A stretch of DNA of 64,000 nt from Endomicrobiales bacterium (GTDB taxonomy: Bacteria; Elusimicrobiota; Endomicrobiia; Endomicrobiales; JALOBY01): the NCBI GenBank assembly GCA_963796955.1, contig CAWCNJ010000007.1, positions 60,632 through 124,631 on the forward strand. The letters are read 5' to 3'. Below the pieces are notes generated by a model. It was not told the origin of the DNA, did no database searches, and saw only the letters and a program-made list of their open reading frames with translations. The translations under genes were made by a program, and so were the position numbers. Positions 51,840 to 62,293 of the stretch are shown in pieces; position 1 is the stretch's first letter, and each line of letters begins with the position of its first letter.

Positions 51840-52259
51840 ATGACCTGTACGTTCTGGATCGTCGTTGCTTTGATCTTTTTTGCGATTGAAATACTTACAC
51901 CCGGGGTTTTCTTTTTTGCGTGTCTTGGTGTCGGCGCCCTCGGCGGCTGTCTGGCGACGTCTTTGTCGAACAATGAGGCGGTGGCGTGGGTTTCTTTTGC
52001 GGTCGTTGCTATCGCCTCGGTTTTCCTCTTACGGCCCCTGGCGGTGAAGTATCTTTCAAAAGGCGTTAAAAGATCGAACGTTGACGCGCTGTTGGGACAG
52101 AAAGCCTGGGTAACCGCAGCTATAGAGCCGCCGGCGCTTGGTATGGTGAAGATAGACGGAGAAATATGGCGCGCACAGTCTCACGAAGCCATACCGGCTG
52201 AAACCTGGGTACTGGTGGAAAAAGTAGAAGGGACCAGGCTGATCGTAAAAAAAATATAA
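51840..52259 (+). CDS. NfeD-family membrane protein
   Basis: Three TM helices then GMVKIDGEIWRA..VEGTRLIV OB-fold; precedes an SPFH gene. Confidence 0.88.
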   Translation: MTCTFWIVVALIFFAIEILTPGVFFFACLGVGALGGCLATSLSNNEAVAWVSFAVVAIASVFLLRPLAVKYLSKGVKRSNVDALLGQKAWVTAAIEPPALGMVKIDGEIWRAQSHEAIPAETWVLVEKVEGTRLIVKKI

Positions 52260-52269
52260 GGGGGGCAGT

Positions 52270-53154
52270 ATGAATTCACCATTAATATTGATCGTTGTCG
52301 TCGTAGCAGTCATTTATGTTATCAGGGCGGTCAGGATCGTGCAGCAGTACGAAAAGGGCCTGGTTGAAACGCTCGGACAGTATTCAAGGTCAACGGAGCC
52401 GGGGCTGGTAGTTATTTTCCCGCCGTTCCAGAACCTGCGTAAAGTGGATATGCGCGAGCAGGTGATGGAAGTGCCGCCGCAGGATGTTATAACCAAAGAT
52501 AACGTGCTGGTAACGGTGGACGCGGTCATTTATTTCCAGATAACCGATCCTATGAAAGTGGTCTATAACGTGGCGAATTTCGCCATGGCGGCGCTGAAAC
52601 TCGCGCAGACTAACTTACGTAACGTTGTTGGGGATCTGGAACTGGACCAGACGCTTACGAGCCGTGAAAAGATAAATACCCAGCTGCGGCTGGTGCTGGA
52701 CGAGGCCACCGATAAATGGGGCGTCAAAATAACACGCGTAGAGCTGCAAAAGATCGATCCTCCCCGCGATATAACGGAATCCATGTCCAAGCAGATGAAG
52801 GCTGAACGCGAAAAACGCGCCAACATTCTGGACGCCGAAGGTTTCCGCCAGGCGGCGATACTTAAGGCTGAAGGCGCTAAACAGTCCGCTATCCTTGAAG
52901 CGGAAGGAAAATCGATGGCCATTATAAAAGTGGCTGATGCCAGAAAATACGAGATCGAGATAGTCTACTCAGCTATCCATTCCGGTAAGCCGACCAACGA
53001 TCTCATTGCCATAAAATACCTTGAAACGCTGGAAAAAGTAGCGAACGGAACGGCCACTAAGATCTTCCTGCCGCTTGAAACGACTGCAGTTCTCGGCTCG
53101 ATCGGCGGTATATCCGAGCTTTTTAAAGAAAAAAAGGCAGATAACGTAAAATAA
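52270..53154 (+). CDS. SPFH/Band 7 (QmcA-like) protein
   Basis: PPQDVITKDN, QTNLRNVVG, KWGVKITRVE, QMKAEREKRA. Confidence 0.93.
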   Translation: MNSPLILIVVVVAVIYVIRAVRIVQQYEKGLVETLGQYSRSTEPGLVVIFPPFQNLRKVDMREQVMEVPPQDVITKDNVLVTVDAVIYFQITDPMKVVYNVANFAMAALKLAQTNLRNVVGDLELDQTLTSREKINTQLRLVLDEATDKWGVKITRVELQKIDPPRDITESMSKQMKAEREKRANILDAEGFRQAAILKAEGAKQSAILEAEGKSMAIIKVADARKYEIEIVYSAIHSGKPTNDLIAIKYLETLEKVANGTATKIFLPLETTAVLGSIGGISELFKEKKADNVK

Positions 53155-54233
53155 TGAAGGGCCTATACGTACATATTCCCTTTTGTAAGGCAAAATGCAA
53201 TTACTGCGACTTTACCTCTTTTGCAGGATGTGAGGCCCGCTTTAATGACTATCTGGATGCATTGCGTCTGGAGATGCTGGCCTGGCGCGGCACACGCATA
53301 GGCACTATCTTTATCGGTGGGGGAACACCCTCCCTGCTGAAGCCGCAGCAGTTGCGCACCTTGCTGATAGATATCCGGGAAAATTTCAATTGCCGTTCGG
53401 TCGTTGAATTTTCCATGGAGTCTAACCCTGAGTCGCTGACCGAAGAGAAGCTGCATATTATGCGTTCCAGCGGTATCAACCGGGTAAGCATCGGTTTACA
53501 GTCTATGAACGACCGGAGCCTTAAGTTCCTGGGGCGCGTTCATTCGGTCTTTGATTCATGCAACGCGCTCGCCTCCGCGAGACGGCTTGGTTTTTCAAAT
53601 ATCAACATCGACCTTATGTACGGCCTGCCGGGACAGACCATTCTTGAATGGCAGCTGGAGCTCCAGCAGGCGCTGCGTTTTAATCCCGAGCATATCTCAC
53701 TGTATCCGCTCACTATCGAAGAGGGAACGGTATTCTCGCGCGCCGGGGTAGAGGTTGACAGCGACCAGCAGGCCGAGATATACGAATGGACTATGGATTT
53801 CATGCAGGCGCACACCTATGAACAGTATGAGATCTCGAACTGGTCCCGGACGGGCTACCGTTGCAGGCATAACATGATGTATTGGAACAATAAAGAATAT
53901 ATCGGTATCGGCGCCGGTGCGGCTTCATATTTTGAAGGTGTGCGCAGAAAGAACACCGGCGCGATTGATGATTATATCTCGGCGATAACCGCAGGCAAGG
54001 ACGCGTGCGCCGAACGCGATGTGATAGGCGAAAGAACGCTTGCCGCGGAAGAAATGATATTGAAATTGCGAACTGCCGACGGCATAATGCTCAGGCATGA
54101 TATAAAGCTCCGCTATGGGGCCGCCATAAAATCGCTCTCGGACAGGAAGCTGCTGAGCTGCGACGGTTCCGTGCTGCGGCTTACCAGGCAGGGAAAGCTG
54201 CTGGCTAATCAAGTAATGATGGAATTTGTATAG
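53154..54233 (+). CDS. hemW: Radical SAM heme chaperone HemW (HemN-like)
   Basis: LYVHIPFCKAKCNYCDF, GGGTPS, DLMYGLPGQT, YEISNW, HNMMYW. Confidence 0.9.
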   Translation: MKGLYVHIPFCKAKCNYCDFTSFAGCEARFNDYLDALRLEMLAWRGTRIGTIFIGGGTPSLLKPQQLRTLLIDIRENFNCRSVVEFSMESNPESLTEEKLHIMRSSGINRVSIGLQSMNDRSLKFLGRVHSVFDSCNALASARRLGFSNINIDLMYGLPGQTILEWQLELQQALRFNPEHISLYPLTIEEGTVFSRAGVEVDSDQQAEIYEWTMDFMQAHTYEQYEISNWSRTGYRCRHNMMYWNNKEYIGIGAGAASYFEGVRRKNTGAIDDYISAITAGKDACAERDVIGERTLAAEEMILKLRTADGIMLRHDIKLRYGAAIKSLSDRKLLSCDGSVLRLTRQGKLLANQVMMEFV

Positions 54234-54247
54234 AAAGGATCCGGGAA

Positions 54248-55372
54248 ATGATCGAAGTTTCGGTGGTAATACCATGCCTGAATGAAGAGAAGAGCATAGC
54301 CTTGTGCGTAAAGAAAGCCCTGGAGTCATTTAAGGAATCCGGACTTGCCGGGGAAGTTGTCGTCGTTGACAACGGCTCTACCGACCGTTCTGTCCAGATA
54401 GCTGCGGGGGCAGGCGCAAAGGTCGTCTCTGAAGATCAGAAGGGCTATGGCAGCGCCTTGCGGCGCGGCATTAACGAGGCGCAGGGCACATATATCGTGA
54501 TGGGCGACGGGGATGATACCTATGACTTCACGCAGGCCTGCAAATTCGTGGACCGGCTGAAAGAGGGTTTCGACCTGGTCATGGGCTCCCGGTTCCAGGG
54601 AAATATCCTTCCCGGCGCGATGAGCTGGTCCCATCGATATGTGGGGAACCCGATCCTTTCAGGCATGTTACGGCTTCTTTTCGGAGGCACCGTCTCCGAT
54701 TCCCACTGCGGTTTACGGGCTTTCACGAAGGAAGCGTACATTAAAATGGAACTGCGCACGACCGGCATGGAATTCGCTTCTGAAATGGTGATCCATGCGA
54801 TGAAAAAACATCTGAAGATCTCCGAGATACCGATAACCTATTATCCCAGGGTCGGAGAGTCAAAACTGGAATCGCTCCGTGACGCCTGGCGTCACGTCAG
54901 GTTCATGCTTATCTATTCGCCGGATTATCTGTTCTTTGTTCCGGGGGTTACGATTTTCGGAATAAGTCTTGCGGTAACCCTTAAAATGCTGGCCGGCACC
55001 TTTTATCTGTGGGGCAGGGCATGGGGCGCGCACGTTATGATCTTCAGCTCTCTGTTCATGATACTGGGCTGGGATATAATCAACGTAGGTCTTCTTGCCA
55101 AGGTCTTTTCCAGGGCGATCGCCAGGGAAGAAGATAAATTCATTGAAAAAGTCGTGAAGGTCGTGACTTTGGAAAGAGCCATCGTTTTCGGCGCCGTATT
55201 GACGGTGACCGGTATTGCGCTGTTTACGTATATTTTGTATATCTGGTATCGGAACGATTTTGGGATCCTCGATAAGATCAATGTGGGATTGTTCGCCATG
55301 TCGTTGATCGTCATGGGAATACAAACGATCTTCAACGCCTTTCTCTTCAGCCTGCTGCAGATACAATATTAA
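54248..55372 (+). CDS. GT2 polyprenol-phosphate glycosyltransferase-like protein with C-terminal TM helices
   Basis: VIPCLNEE, DNGSTD, GDGDDTYD, DSHCGLRAF, GMEFASEM. Confidence 0.88.
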   Translation: MIEVSVVIPCLNEEKSIALCVKKALESFKESGLAGEVVVVDNGSTDRSVQIAAGAGAKVVSEDQKGYGSALRRGINEAQGTYIVMGDGDDTYDFTQACKFVDRLKEGFDLVMGSRFQGNILPGAMSWSHRYVGNPILSGMLRLLFGGTVSDSHCGLRAFTKEAYIKMELRTTGMEFASEMVIHAMKKHLKISEIPITYYPRVGESKLESLRDAWRHVRFMLIYSPDYLFFVPGVTIFGISLAVTLKMLAGTFYLWGRAWGAHVMIFSSLFMILGWDIINVGLLAKVFSRAIAREEDKFIEKVVKVVTLERAIVFGAVLTVTGIALFTYILYIWYRNDFGILDKINVGLFAMSLIVMGIQTIFNAFLFSLLQIQY

Positions 55373-55373
55373 T

Positions 55374-56822
55374 ATGAAAATAATCGTCGCCAACGAACCG
55401 TTCGTATCAGACTTCTGCCGCACCCAGCGCTGGGCCGCACGCACGCGCGGGCGTGTTTTGCGCGCCCCCGACTGGCTGGCCTACGCCGCCGCCGTGCTGG
55501 AACGCGATGTACCCGGCGCACAGGTTATACTTATCGATTTTCCGGCGAAAGGCCTGGACCGCGCCCAATTCACACAGTATATAGCCGCGGAAAAGCCGGA
55601 CGTTCTGGTGCTTGATTCTACCACACCGTCCATCGCCTCCGATATCGCGCTTGCCCGCGCCGCTAAGGAATCTTGCGCGTGCATGGTAATAATGGTAGGC
55701 CCTCATGTTTCGGCGCTGCCTGAAGAAACCCTTTTGAGCGCGAAAGGCGCCGTCGACGTTGCCTGTATCGGCGAGTACGACCATACCGTGCGGGATGTGG
55801 TGCTTAACCGCGGGGCGCTTTCCACCATAGCTGGAATCTGTTTTATGAACGAAGGACAGCCGGTGAAGACCGCCCGGCGGCCCTTGATAGCCGATCTGGA
55901 CGAACTGCCGTTTCCTGCCTGGCAGCATTTGGACCTCATGAGTTATTTCGACGGGGGAAAATTATACCCGTATATAGATATAATATCCGGCAGAGGCTGC
56001 CCCAACCAGTGCGTGTTCTGCCTGTGGCCGCAGGTCATGCACGGTTTCAATTATCGCCTGCGGAGTCCCAAAAATGTTGTCGACGAGATAGAGCACGATA
56101 TCAAGCTCTGCCCGCAGGTGCTCAACGGCGGCGAGTTCTTCTTCGAAGACGATACCTTTACCGTGAACAAAGAGCGGGCGACGCTTATCTGCGACGAGAT
56201 ACTGCGCCGGGGCCTGAAAATAACTTTTTCCGTGAACGCCCGCGTGGACACCGCTGACGCCGGACTTTTCAAAAAAATGAAACAGGCGGGCTGCCGTGAA
56301 CTGCTGGTCGGCTTTGAGTCCGGCGTGCAAAGCGTGCTCGATACTATGCACAAGCGCATCACGCTTGAGCAGTCGCGTCATTTTATGGAACTGGCTAAAG
56401 AAGCCGGGTTGCAGGTGCACGGCTGTTTTGTGATCGGTCTTCCTGGCGAAACAGAAAAGACTGCGCAGGAAACCATCGACTTTGCCCTTTCGCTGGACCT
56501 TACCACGCTGCAGTTCTCCGGTGCCGTTCCCTTCCCGGGCACAAAGCTTTTTGAAACCTGCGACGCTAACGGCTGGATAAAGACGAAAGACTGGTCCCAG
56601 TGGCTGGACAACGGCGAGCAGCAGGGCGTTGTGGAATACCCGGGTATATCGTTTGAAGCGATCACAAAATACGTCGATGCCGGCCTGAAGAGATTTTATT
56701 TCCGTCCTTCCTATATGCTGCGGTTCCTCTTTGAGACCAGATCCCTGCCGGACCTGTACCGGAAAATGCGCGGCGCCTGGAATTTTCTGGCATATCTGCT
56801 CGGAAATAAAGATGAGCGTTAG
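55374..56822 (+). CDS. Cobalamin-binding radical SAM protein (HpnJ-like N-terminus)
   Basis: B12-binding region (VGPHVSALPEE, GEYD); SGRGCPNQCVFC; EDDTF; GFESG. Confidence 0.88.
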   Translation: MKIIVANEPFVSDFCRTQRWAARTRGRVLRAPDWLAYAAAVLERDVPGAQVILIDFPAKGLDRAQFTQYIAAEKPDVLVLDSTTPSIASDIALARAAKESCACMVIMVGPHVSALPEETLLSAKGAVDVACIGEYDHTVRDVVLNRGALSTIAGICFMNEGQPVKTARRPLIADLDELPFPAWQHLDLMSYFDGGKLYPYIDIISGRGCPNQCVFCLWPQVMHGFNYRLRSPKNVVDEIEHDIKLCPQVLNGGEFFFEDDTFTVNKERATLICDEILRRGLKITFSVNARVDTADAGLFKKMKQAGCRELLVGFESGVQSVLDTMHKRITLEQSRHFMELAKEAGLQVHGCFVIGLPGETEKTAQETIDFALSLDLTTLQFSGAVPFPGTKLFETCDANGWIKTKDWSQWLDNGEQQGVVEYPGISFEAITKYVDAGLKRFYFRPSYMLRFLFETRSLPDLYRKMRGAWNFLAYLLGNKDER

Positions 56823-57813
56823 TTCCCTTCCCCTGATAAGCGTGGTCGTTGCCGTAAAGAACGGCGAAAGAACTCTTGCCCGCTGCCTCGAAAGCCTTGC
56901 CCGGCAAACCTATAGCAATGTCGAGATAATTGTAGTCAACGACGGTTCTACGGATGCTACCGGCGATATCGCGGTTGAATTCGCCGCGCACGGAAATGTT
57001 TTCTTAATTACCACGGAAGGCGTCGGTCCTTCGCAGGCCCGCAACCTCGGCATCAAACAGGCACAAGGCGCCTACATAGCGTTCACGGACGGGGACTGTA
57101 TCTGTAAACCTGACTGGCTTTCAACTCTGGCGGGTTGCATTGTGAGCGCGCCGCGTGTAGCCGGGGTCGGCGGGGACCAGCAAAGTCCCGATGACGACAC
57201 TCAGTATGGAAAATTCATCAATAACTTCATGAAAACGATCGGTTTCATAGCTGATTACGTAAAGGGACCGGACGTTCTTGCGTGCATAGCGACCAACCAC
57301 AATCCCACGTGCAACGTTCTCTATCGTAAAGCGATCTTTGACGAGGTTGGTATGTTCCTGCCCGGTCTGTGGCCCGGGGAGGATGTTGAACTGGACCACC
57401 GGATCACGGCGGCGGGGTACCGGCTTCTGTATACACCTCAGGCTGTCGTACTTCATTATCGCACCGGGTCCCCGAGCGCATTCGCCCGTATGATGTTCCG
57501 GTATGGCTTTGCCCAGGCGCGCCTGGTGCGGATGTATGGTTTTTTCCGCCTGATCCATGTTGTGCCTGCCGTGGTGTGCCTTGCGCTCGTAACGTCCGTG
57601 CTGATGGTGTGTGCCGGCCGGGTGGACGCGCTGTTCGCGTTTTGTCTCGCTTCGGTGATATTTGCTATAATCTTCTTTATGGTAAAGGCTAAAGATCTCG
57701 TCACGGCACTGCGTTATTCGCTGCATCTTGCCGTTACCGTATTGTGGTGGAACGCGGGCTTTGCCGCCGGCCTTGTCGACGGTAAGAAATTATCCCGGGA
57801 GCAACATAACTGA
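56812..57813 (+). CDS. GT2 glycosyltransferase with C-terminal TM helices
   Basis: SVVVAVKNGE, VNDGSTD, ARNLG, FTDGDC, GEDVELD. Confidence 0.88.
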   Translation: MSVSSLPLISVVVAVKNGERTLARCLESLARQTYSNVEIIVVNDGSTDATGDIAVEFAAHGNVFLITTEGVGPSQARNLGIKQAQGAYIAFTDGDCICKPDWLSTLAGCIVSAPRVAGVGGDQQSPDDDTQYGKFINNFMKTIGFIADYVKGPDVLACIATNHNPTCNVLYRKAIFDEVGMFLPGLWPGEDVELDHRITAAGYRLLYTPQAVVLHYRTGSPSAFARMMFRYGFAQARLVRMYGFFRLIHVVPAVVCLALVTSVLMVCAGRVDALFAFCLASVIFAIIFFMVKAKDLVTALRYSLHLAVTVLWWNAGFAAGLVDGKKLSREQHN

Positions 57814-58925
57814 TGGATATTGCAGAAATAGCGGCTATCGTCCGCTCCGTGCTTTTCAAACCGCTTTCCGGCGTTCCCAGCCCGAAACATATTCAGGTGG
57901 ACATTACCACGTACTGTAATTTGAAATGCACGATGTGCTATTCGAAAAGTATAGTCCCCGCTGCCGAACATAACACCCACATGACGTTACCTCAGTTCGT
58001 CGCCATATTGGACGCCGTAAAACCCTTGTCGGTGAATATGGCGGCTAACGGCGAACCTTTTTTGAACCCGGCATTTTTTGATATGGTGGATGCCGCCGCT
58101 GCCCGCGGGATCAAAACTATTACTTCCTCTAACGGTATCATGCCGGAGCAGATGGTGCGTAAGATAGCCGATTCTCGGCTTGATATACTCAAAATTTCCA
58201 TAGACGGCGCGACAAAGGAAACCTACGAGGCCATGCGGGGCGGGAATTATGACACGCTTATGCGTACGGTATCCCTGCTCGGGGAGCTCCTGGCGAAAGC
58301 CAACAAGCGCACGCCGCAGTTGCGCTTCGATATGGTGATAACCAAAAGAAATTATACCGAGATACCCGCGTATATCGAGTTCTGTGTTTCCAAAGGGGTG
58401 CACCACGCGTTTTTCCATCCGCTGGATGTCAGGGAATTCGACGCGAACGCCAATAACTCTCTGGTGCACGGCCTGTCGGTCAAAGATCTTGAGGAGCACT
58501 TGCGCAGGGCGGCGGTGCTGTCGAAAAAATTGGGTGTTACCACTAATGTACCCGCCCTCCTCGGCAACAGGCACGTATTAAGGCGGCTGCACAACGGTGA
58601 AAAGTTATCGGCGGTAAAACGCCCGGTATGCCTGCTGCCCTGGCTTGGCATGTTCATAACGGTGACCGGCGAAGTCTCTCCGTGCTGCGCTATGTACCCG
58701 ACCGGACATATGTCGGTGGGGAATATTTGCGCACAAGGCGCGGACGCGGTGTGGAACGGTGAAAAACATAAGGCCATGAGAAAACTATTCAAACAAAAAA
58801 AGAATTATGAAGTTTATGACGGCTGCTCCTATTGCCTGCCCATGGGGGCTTCTTCCCTGATGACTGCCGCGAAAACGTTCCCCGGATACATAAAGCAAAT
58901 GGTCACCAGGCGCAAGAATGGATAA
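57813..58925 (+). CDS. Radical SAM protein with SPASM/twitch domain
   Basis: CNLKCTMC, GEPFLNP, SIDGA, CLLPW..GEVSPCC..VGNI..CSYC. Confidence 0.88.
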   Translation: MDIAEIAAIVRSVLFKPLSGVPSPKHIQVDITTYCNLKCTMCYSKSIVPAAEHNTHMTLPQFVAILDAVKPLSVNMAANGEPFLNPAFFDMVDAAAARGIKTITSSNGIMPEQMVRKIADSRLDILKISIDGATKETYEAMRGGNYDTLMRTVSLLGELLAKANKRTPQLRFDMVITKRNYTEIPAYIEFCVSKGVHHAFFHPLDVREFDANANNSLVHGLSVKDLEEHLRRAAVLSKKLGVTTNVPALLGNRHVLRRLHNGEKLSAVKRPVCLLPWLGMFITVTGEVSPCCAMYPTGHMSVGNICAQGADAVWNGEKHKAMRKLFKQKKNYEVYDGCSYCLPMGASSLMTAAKTFPGYIKQMVTRRKNG

Positions 58926-59388
58926 CGTTAAACCCAAGGCGCTGTGCGTCTGTTCAGGCGGCGGTCATGTGACGGAAATGTTCATGATCCTGGAGGCTTT
59001 CAGCGGTTACGATTGCGTACTGCTCACCTATGCGGGGGCGAATAACGTTGTAGAGCACCCGTTGATCTCGGACCATATTACCGTAACGCACTATATGTCC
59101 GGCCTGTGGGCGGGGATATCCTTCCTGTTCTCTCTTGCCGGTATCGTTCTGGTCCAAAGGCCGTCGGTCGTATTTTCCACCGGCGGTGAGATAAGCGTTC
59201 CGGTAATATACCTCAGCAAACTATTGTTCCGCTCTCAGATCGTCTTTGTTGAAAGCGCGGCACAGGTCAAAGCGCCGTCATTTACCGGTAGGATGGTACA
59301 CCCTGCGGCGGACCTGTTTTTGGTCCAGTGGCCGGCCTTGAAGGCTGTGTACGGCAAGAATACCGAATATAACGGCGGGTTAATGTGA
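58918..59388 (+). CDS. Alg14/PssD/CpsF-like glycosyltransferase subunit
   Basis: CSGGGH, STGGEISVP, FVES, PSFTGR, FLVQWP. Confidence 0.85.
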   Translation: MDNVKPKALCVCSGGGHVTEMFMILEAFSGYDCVLLTYAGANNVVEHPLISDHITVTHYMSGLWAGISFLFSLAGIVLVQRPSVVFSTGGEISVPVIYLSKLLFRSQIVFVESAAQVKAPSFTGRMVHPAADLFLVQWPALKAVYGKNTEYNGGLM

Positions 59389-60953
59389 TCTATGTTACTG
59401 TCGGAGGTATCGCTCACCCGTTCACGCGCCTGCTGAGGGCCGTTGACGCTATTACACCGGAAATAAAAAGGGAGGTGCTGATACAGCGGGGAAATACGCC
59501 CTTCAGCGCCGTCCATGCGGCCGTTATAGATTTTGTGCCGTACGAGAAGAGCGCACGGTTAATTGCCGAAGCCGAGCTGGTCATCTCGCACGCGGGGCTG
59601 GGAACTATTATTCTTGCGCGGCAGTCCGGTACCCCGATAATCGTCATGCCCAGGCTCTTTAAGAATGGAGAGCATGTGAACGATCATCAGCTGGAGATCT
59701 GTGAAATGATCACCGCACGGAACGAGCCGGGGGTCAGGGCGGTTTACTCTACCGAAGAATTGCTCGGCGCGGTACATTCGATCCTCCTTACTAAGCGCGG
59801 TGTTCCCTCATCTCAGGCCGGACGTCTGGCGATCATTGACAGGATCAAGAGATTTTTGTCTCAGAGAACGATCTTGATGATCAACCCTATGGACTCAACC
59901 TACGGGTCGACCCACCGGATACGGAAGCTGAAGGAAGGCATTCCGGAAAATATCGCGCGGGTCGCCTACGTTGAACCGAATTCTAAATACCCGGACGCTA
60001 TTTCATTTGGCCAGCGTAACAGCGCCGCGGGTTTCCTCTACGGTACGCTGCGCAGAGTATGGCTCGCGCTGTTCTCCGGATATCAGCTGTTGTTCATTCA
60101 GACGATCACGCCGTTAACCGTGCCGGTAATGCTGATCGCGAAAATGAGGGGAAAAAAGGTGCTGGCGGATTGGGACGATGTTTCCTGGGTCCTGCAAAAA
60201 AATGGGTTCCGGGCGTGGCTGGTCAAATTATCCGAGCATGTATTCCTTAAGCTGCCGGATGTGGTTTTTGTGCCTAACAAGTATGTGGCTGCCTACGCTG
60301 AAAAATACGGGGCACGGTCTGTCGTCTTCGCTCCGCACGGCGTAGATATAGAAAGGTTCGACCCGGGATCCTACGACCCGTCTAAGCTTAAAGCTGCACT
60401 TGGCATAACGGACGGCCCTGTGCTTGGTTTTCTTGCCTCCTTTACGACCGGCGGTGTCGGCGACCTGGAGACTATTTTCAGGGCGGTCATCGGCGTTATG
60501 AAGCTGCGGCCCGAAGTACACTTCCTGGTCATAGGCGGCGGCCCTTTGTTCGATACCTACGTCGCGCTTGCCGGTTCTCTCGGGATGAAAAATATACACT
60601 TCACCGGCTTTCTTGATCAGAAGGATATACCCGGTTATATCGCCGCGATCGATGTAGCGCTTATTTTCATGCGCGAATCCATACAGAACACCATGAAGAC
60701 CTCCCTGAAGGTCGGCGAATACGCGGCCATGAACAAGCCGATCGTCGGCAGGCTTGCCGGCCAGACGCGGGATGATTTTTCACGCTGGTGCCGCGACGGC
60801 GGCGATACGGTAGAGAGTTTTACCGCGGCTATTTTAGCCGAGCTTGCCGAACTTCCGCGCTCCGTCAACTCCCGCGAGACCATGTCGCGGGAATATACCT
60901 GGGAACGTTCTTCCCGGATAGTCGGTGAAACCATAGAAAGGCTTGAACTATAA
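59385..60953 (+). CDS. Alg13/PssE/CpsG-like (GT28 C-terminal) domain fused to a GT4 glycosyltransferase
   Basis: MIYVTVG..FTRL, ISHAGLGTI, PR..GEHVNDHQ; then HGVD, IGGGP, FTGF, KVGEYAAMNKPIV. Confidence 0.8.
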   Translation: MIYVTVGGIAHPFTRLLRAVDAITPEIKREVLIQRGNTPFSAVHAAVIDFVPYEKSARLIAEAELVISHAGLGTIILARQSGTPIIVMPRLFKNGEHVNDHQLEICEMITARNEPGVRAVYSTEELLGAVHSILLTKRGVPSSQAGRLAIIDRIKRFLSQRTILMINPMDSTYGSTHRIRKLKEGIPENIARVAYVEPNSKYPDAISFGQRNSAAGFLYGTLRRVWLALFSGYQLLFIQTITPLTVPVMLIAKMRGKKVLADWDDVSWVLQKNGFRAWLVKLSEHVFLKLPDVVFVPNKYVAAYAEKYGARSVVFAPHGVDIERFDPGSYDPSKLKAALGITDGPVLGFLASFTTGGVGDLETIFRAVIGVMKLRPEVHFLVIGGGPLFDTYVALAGSLGMKNIHFTGFLDQKDIPGYIAAIDVALIFMRESIQNTMKTSLKVGEYAAMNKPIVGRLAGQTRDDFSRWCRDGGDTVESFTAAILAELAELPRSVNSRETMSREYTWERSSRIVGETIERLEL

Positions 60954-62290
60954 TGGCAACGCCAAAGAAAGTACTGCTGATAAACACAAAGAACGTTTCC
61001 TACACGCTGGGCGGCGGAAGGTCCCTGCCGCTGGGGATATCATACATCGCCGCGGTGCTTGAAAAGGCCGGGCATAGCGTCCGCTGCCGGGACTTTCAGG
61101 TGGAGGACACCGCTTCTCTTCCAGACGACATAGCGGCCTCCGATATTGTCGGTATCTCGGCTTTGACCCCGAATATCACGGAAGTCTGGCGCATAGCGCG
61201 CCTGGCAAAAGAGGCCGGAAAAATGGTGCTGGTCGGCGGTCCGCATGTTTCGGTCTTGCCCGATGAAACCTTACTTACCGGGTTTGTTGATATTGTCTGC
61301 CGGCGCGAAGGGGAATATACCGCGCGTGAAGTCGTCAACGGGGAAACGCCGCTCGAACGGATACAGGGCATAAGTTATGTGGAAAACGGCATTATAAAAC
61401 ACAATCCCGACCGGCCCTACATCGCCGACCTTGATGAACTGCCCTATCCGCGCCGGTCGCTGCTGCCGGTGGAAAAATACGAGTATATGCTGCATCGCGG
61501 AAAAAAAGTAATGAATATCATGACGTCGCGCGGCTGTCCGTGCGATTGTAATTTTTGCTACAAGGGTATCAGCGGCCGCAGTTACCGTATGCGCAGCGTA
61601 GAGAACATACTGGGCGAATGGCGCGAGCTGATCAACATGGGGGCCGATGAGATACCGGTGATCGACGACAGCTTCACGGTAAGCCGCCCGCGCATCATGC
61701 GGTTTTGCGAAGAACTGGTGAAACAAAAATTGAACATACACTGGGAAGCCTCCAGCAGGGTGGACAACGTTGACCTGGAAATGCTTCAGGCGATGAAGCG
61801 GTCCGGCTGTTACCGCATCGCCTTCGGCATTGAGTCCGGTTCCCAGCGGATATTGGACCTGATTGGAAAACATCTTTCAAAGGACCGGATAATCCAGGCC
61901 GTGCGCTGGGCGCAGGAAGCCGGCCTTGAAGTGACCGGCTTTTTTGTCATAGGTAATTTCGGCGAAGACGAGAGCACGATGAACGCCACCATCGATTTCG
62001 CCAAACAGTTGAAACTTGATTATGTGCAGTTCACGATCGCCGCGCCCTACCCCGGCACAAAGCTGTACGATCTTATAAAAGCGGAAGGAAAATTCCTGTT
62101 CTCACAGTGGCACGAGCTCGGCTCGTATTCGGGGACTGCGTATTTTGAGCAGGGAGCGCTTACCAGGGAGCTCGTGGAAAAAATGTTCAAAAAGGCGTAC
62201 CGCAGCGTGTATCTGACCCCGGGCATGATCATGAAAAAACTAATGCATTTTAATCCGCAGATGCTTCGTTTCTGGCGGCTGCTGAAATAA
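60953..62290 (+). CDS. Cobalamin-binding radical SAM protein
   Basis: PLGISYIAAVL, GGPHVS, REGEYT, TSRGCPCDCNFC, GIESGSQ. Confidence 0.9.
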   Translation: MATPKKVLLINTKNVSYTLGGGRSLPLGISYIAAVLEKAGHSVRCRDFQVEDTASLPDDIAASDIVGISALTPNITEVWRIARLAKEAGKMVLVGGPHVSVLPDETLLTGFVDIVCRREGEYTAREVVNGETPLERIQGISYVENGIIKHNPDRPYIADLDELPYPRRSLLPVEKYEYMLHRGKKVMNIMTSRGCPCDCNFCYKGISGRSYRMRSVENILGEWRELINMGADEIPVIDDSFTVSRPRIMRFCEELVKQKLNIHWEASSRVDNVDLEMLQAMKRSGCYRIAFGIESGSQRILDLIGKHLSKDRIIQAVRWAQEAGLEVTGFFVIGNFGEDESTMNATIDFAKQLKLDYVQFTIAAPYPGTKLYDLIKAEGKFLFSQWHELGSYSGTAYFEQGALTRELVEKMFKKAYRSVYLTPGMIMKKLMHFNPQMLRFWRLLK

Positions 62291-62293
62291 CGT

